From Patescibacteria group bacterium (GTDB lineage Bacteria; Patescibacteriota; Minisyncoccia; Phycocordibacterales; UBA9973), in NCBI GenBank assembly GCA_038063515.1, contig JBBTUY010000004.1, positions 35,717 through 99,716 of the forward strand: a stretch of DNA of 64,000 nt, given 5' to 3'. The translations under genes and the position numbers were made by a program. Below are positions 61,452-64,000 of this stretch, piece by piece. The notes beneath the pieces are model-generated. The model was not told the DNA's origin, did no database searches, and saw only the letters and a list, made by a program, of their open reading frames with translations. Every line of letters starts with the position of its first letter. Position 1 is the stretch's first letter.

Positions 61452-61753
61452 GCGGGATAGAGAAGAGGAATCTCGCAAGGCTCAGCGGTTTTTATATGGG
61501 CCCCCTCAGAAGAAACTTTGAGGTGTGCACTCGTCAAATTCGGAGAAATCCTCTCTGCCATCTGGTAGAAAGACAATTCCGAGCTAAATTTTCCAAGTAA
61601 TTGGAGATAAATGTGTAGAGACTAGATGATGAGCTCCTTAATTAAATTTATTTAAAAAGGAGATGGTATAGTCCAGACCACAAACATTTTGGTAGTGAAA
61701 ACTATAGTGGTAAAGCATAACCTTGAGACGGCCGTTCGATTCGGCCTCCCGCA
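61452..61753 (+). ncRNA. ssrA: Candidate tmRNA (ssrA): 5' GCGGGA pairs with 3' TCCCGC+A, and a canonical T-arm (GGCCG-TTCGATT-CGGCC) immediately precedes the 3' acceptor strand
   Basis: A tRNA-like 3' end with no matching 5' acceptor within 100 nt; the complement is about 295 nt upstream. Possible P2 pairing CAAGG/CCTTG. CCA not encoded. Tag reading frame not identified. Confidence 0.3.
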
Positions 61754-61813
61754 ACAAGATAGTGCCAAAACTAAAAGACAGAAATTTAAAGTTTAAATTT
61801 CTGTCTTTTAGTT

Positions 61814-62461
61814 TTATATAAATCCGTACTCTCGGAAAATATCTTCATAAATAGCTATTACTCTCTTTGCTTCACGTTGAGAAATCTCATATGAGAGACC
61901 TTCGTGTGCAACCCTGTTTCTTATTGTGTGCACTTCCCACGCAGAAGTAAGATTCCTAAATTTTTCTTGGTCTGTGCTTTTTAATTTATCACCCAGTGTA
62001 TCTCCTTTAAACCCGAGTTGACCTAAAAGGTCCTCAAGCATAGCATCAGCTTCTATGATGGCAAGTTTCCAGTCACTCGGAGACTGAGAGAAAAGATATG
62101 TGAGAGTCCTCACCCATCTACTATTTTCAGATACGTTATTCTCTCTTTCCTTCTTTTCTTCACGCTCCTTTTTATGATGAGCGTATTCTACTATCTCGTG
62201 ATGCATATGTGCGTGCTCCTTTTTTCTAATCTCAAGCATACGTACAAAACAGTACGACATAAGTGCGAGGAAAAACATTGCGAGGAAAAAGAGTATGACG
62301 TAAAAAGTGTCGAGTACGCTCTTCTGAAAAAAGATAGCTGCTAATCCTTTAGCTACGCTAACTTCGTGCCCAAACCAATAGTCAGGACTTAAATACTGAG
62401 ACTCAAGGAAAGTCCCCTCTATTAAACTATTTTGTCTTTCGTATGATCGCGCAACGTCCAT
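61814..62461 (-). CDS. Membrane-anchored protein with a C-terminal HEPN-like helical domain
   Basis: One or two TM helices (FYVILFFLAMFFLALMSYCFV), a His-rich linker, and a C-terminal domain ending in the R-x4-H motif (TIRNRVAHEG). Confidence 0.4.
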   Translation of the reverse strand: MDVARSYERQNSLIEGTFLESQYLSPDYWFGHEVSVAKGLAAIFFQKSVLDTFYVILFFLAMFFLALMSYCFVRMLEIRKKEHAHMHHEIVEYAHHKKEREEKKERENNVSENSRWVRTLTYLFSQSPSDWKLAIIEADAMLEDLLGQLGFKGDTLGDKLKSTDQEKFRNLTSAWEVHTIRNRVAHEGLSYEISQREAKRVIAIYEDIFREYGFI

Positions 62462-62495
62462 AAATTTTGTTATATATATTATACAACAAAAAACC

Positions 62496-63920
62496 CTATC
62501 TCACCTCTTCGAATTTTTTCCCAACTTCAAATAGTAAATCTTCAGCTCCATGAGGTGCCATGAATTGGATACCGAGAGGTAAGTTTTTACCCTCAACCTC
62601 ACTAAATCCTGATGGTATAGATACCGCTGGTACTCCAACCATATTAGCTGTAATAGTAAATATATCTGCCAACCACACAGATACTGGATCACTCTTTTCC
62701 CCTATTTTCCAAGCCACAAACGGAGCAGTGGGAGTAGCAATAATATCAATATCCTTAAAAACTCTATCGAATTCTTTTATTAAAACATTTCTTACGGCTT
62801 GCGCCTTACCATAATACGCATCATAGTACCCATGTGATAAAACATATGTTCCGAGAAGTATACGTCTACGTACTTCCTTTCCAAAACCAACCCCTTTAGT
62901 TAACATATAATCTTCCAGTAAATTAGATCCGTCTTTGTGTAAGCCGTACCTTACCCCATCAAAACGAGCAAGATTAGTGGAAGCCTCAGCAGGCATAATT
63001 ATATAATAAATAGCTAGAGCAATATCAAGATTCTTAATAGAAATATCTTTCATCTTAAATCCCAATGATTCGAGCTTTTTGATAGATTGATTAAAATTCT
63101 CTTTTACCTTGGCGTCAACTCCTTCGGAGTTCACTAGTGACCATGGTATGCCGACAACCATATCTTTTTTTTCTTTATATGAAGGATAGGTATCATCATT
63201 GAAACTCGTGCTATCCATGGGATCATGACCTGTAACAGCATCAAAAATTATTTTTGCATCCTCCGTGTTTTTAGCAATCTGTCCAATACAATCAAGAGAT
63301 GAGCCCATAGCGATAAGACCGTGACGAGACACCCTGCCATATGTTGGCTTGAACCCTACTGTTCCACAAAAAGCCGAAGGCTCACGTACTGATCCACCAG
63401 TATCAGAACCAAGAGATCCTAACGCGAGATTTGCTGCTACGGCCACTACTGAACCTCCAGAAGACCCTCCAGCTACCCTAGATGTATCGTAAGGATTTTT
63501 GGTTACACCGTATGCCGAATTTTCAGTTGATCCTCCCATTGCAAACTCATCTGTATTTGTTCTACCTAGAAACACAACTCCTTGTTTTTTTAGTTTTTCT
63601 ATAACAGTAGCATCATAAGATGCTATATAATTTTCTAGAATTTTTGATGCTGAAGAAACATGCCTTCCTTTGATAAGGATTACATCTTTTATAGCAAGGG
63701 GTATACCTAGAAGTGGAAAAGATTTTCCATCTTTTATCATTACATCAGCTACCTGGGCCTGTTCTAAAACATCATCATATACTTCTAAATAAACGTTTAA
63801 TTCATTATTTTTATTTTTTATTTCATCTAAATATGCCTGTGCTAGTTCAACTGCAGTAAATTCTTTATTATCTAATGCCAAGCGTGCTTTTTTAATTGTC
63901 AGACTTTTTAAATCAATCAT
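62496..63920 (-). CDS. gatA: Glutamyl-tRNA(Gln) amidotransferase subunit A (amidase signature family)
   Basis: GGSSGGSVVAVAA plus Ser-cisSer-Lys triad context; 474 aa. Confidence 0.9.
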   Translation of the reverse strand: MIDLKSLTIKKARLALDNKEFTAVELAQAYLDEIKNKNNELNVYLEVYDDVLEQAQVADVMIKDGKSFPLLGIPLAIKDVILIKGRHVSSASKILENYIASYDATVIEKLKKQGVVFLGRTNTDEFAMGGSTENSAYGVTKNPYDTSRVAGGSSGGSVVAVAANLALGSLGSDTGGSVREPSAFCGTVGFKPTYGRVSRHGLIAMGSSLDCIGQIAKNTEDAKIIFDAVTGHDPMDSTSFNDDTYPSYKEKKDMVVGIPWSLVNSEGVDAKVKENFNQSIKKLESLGFKMKDISIKNLDIALAIYYIIMPAEASTNLARFDGVRYGLHKDGSNLLEDYMLTKGVGFGKEVRRRILLGTYVLSHGYYDAYYGKAQAVRNVLIKEFDRVFKDIDIIATPTAPFVAWKIGEKSDPVSVWLADIFTITANMVGVPAVSIPSGFSEVEGKNLPLGIQFMAPHGAEDLLFEVGKKFEEVR

Positions 63921-63928
63921 AAATAAAA

Positions 63929-64000
63929 TTACAAAATCTTTTTTACTTTCAGGAAGTTGTCTTGTGTATCTGGAAACTGCTCTAAAATAAGCTCTTTGGA
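63929..64000 (-). CDS. gatC: Glu-tRNA(Gln) amidotransferase subunit C, C-terminal fragment (partial at window edge)
   Basis: Tail ...QFPDTQDNFLKVKKIL* matches the GatC C-terminal D-G/N-Y/F-x-K/R-V-P/K-x-I-L pattern. 8 nt upstream of the gatA start. Confidence 0.55.
   Translation of the reverse strand, partial: SKELILEQFPDTQDNFLKVKKIL

Noticed and set aside
61391-61576. 61-aa minus-strand ORF (MSFYQMAERISPNLTSAH...).
   Set aside because: No RBS, no domain and odd composition. It overlaps the region better explained as the 5' part of a tmRNA-like structured RNA on the plus strand.
61650-61700. Motif ggtatagtccagacc resembling the RNase P RNA P4 strand (GGAAAGUCCGGGC).
   Set aside because: No complementary P4 3' strand or other RNase P conserved regions were found on either strand. 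On the plus strand it would collide with a plausible protein-coding gene (61814..62461).

Overview
This is a low-GC (roughly one-third GC), gene-dense bacterial chromosomal segment. Its style resembles a Candidate Phyla Radiation / Patescibacteria-type genome: many domain fusions, trimmed aminoacyl-tRNA synthetases, NirK as a lone nitrogen-cycle enzyme and a large type IV pilus locus. All calls come from reading the ORF translations and the DNA by eye; no database search was possible.

Housekeeping genes, all on the minus strand: dnaG, rpoC and rpoB; trmD; a rpsP–KH-protein pair; a hinge-less smc with rnc; a NusB-NUDIX fusion; rpmF; gyrB; pheS and pheT; trhO; a UvrD-helicase–FeS-nuclease fusion; terC; truB; ligA; gatC and gatA. 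On the plus strand: rnr, a DD-carboxypeptidase–CapA fusion plus a second capA, thrS (catalytic core only) and pspC.

Three accessory blocks stand out.
(1) A foreign insertion inside the conserved rpsP...trmD operon: a lipoprotein gene of about 50% GC bracketed by intrinsic terminators and an (AT)12 microsatellite, followed by a hicB/hicA toxin–antitoxin pair.
(2) A putative respiratory/redox island at about 34.4–39.8 kb. It holds a membrane-anchored copper nitrite reductase (NirK) co-operonic with a DM13 electron-transfer-domain protein and DUF1905/DUF1059 proteins. Next to it sit an XRE regulator with a small membrane protein, a thioredoxin with a Met-rich linker, and a CcdA–TlpA fusion.
(3) A complete type IV pilus / competence-pilus locus at 41.9–56.2 kb. 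It contains a PilX-like protein, three pseudopilins, PilD, two independently promoted and terminated major pilin paralogs, PilC, PilT, a lone receiver domain, PilB, PilO, PilN and PilM. ComF lies divergently, and ligA is transcriptionally coupled at the distal end. A REP-flanked RAYT (IS200-like Y1 transposase) plus a GC-rich small ORF is inserted between pilM and pilN.

Other notable items:
- A 370-bp hairpin-dense intergenic module bounded by 29-nt inverted repeats. It encodes a 48-aa transmembrane peptide behind a perfect GGAGG Shine-Dalgarno sequence.
- A CphA-like ATP-grasp protein without its Mur-ligase half.
- Three type-II tRNAs, one of which has an aberrant apparent ACU anticodon.
- A tmRNA-like locus and a membrane HEPN-like protein.
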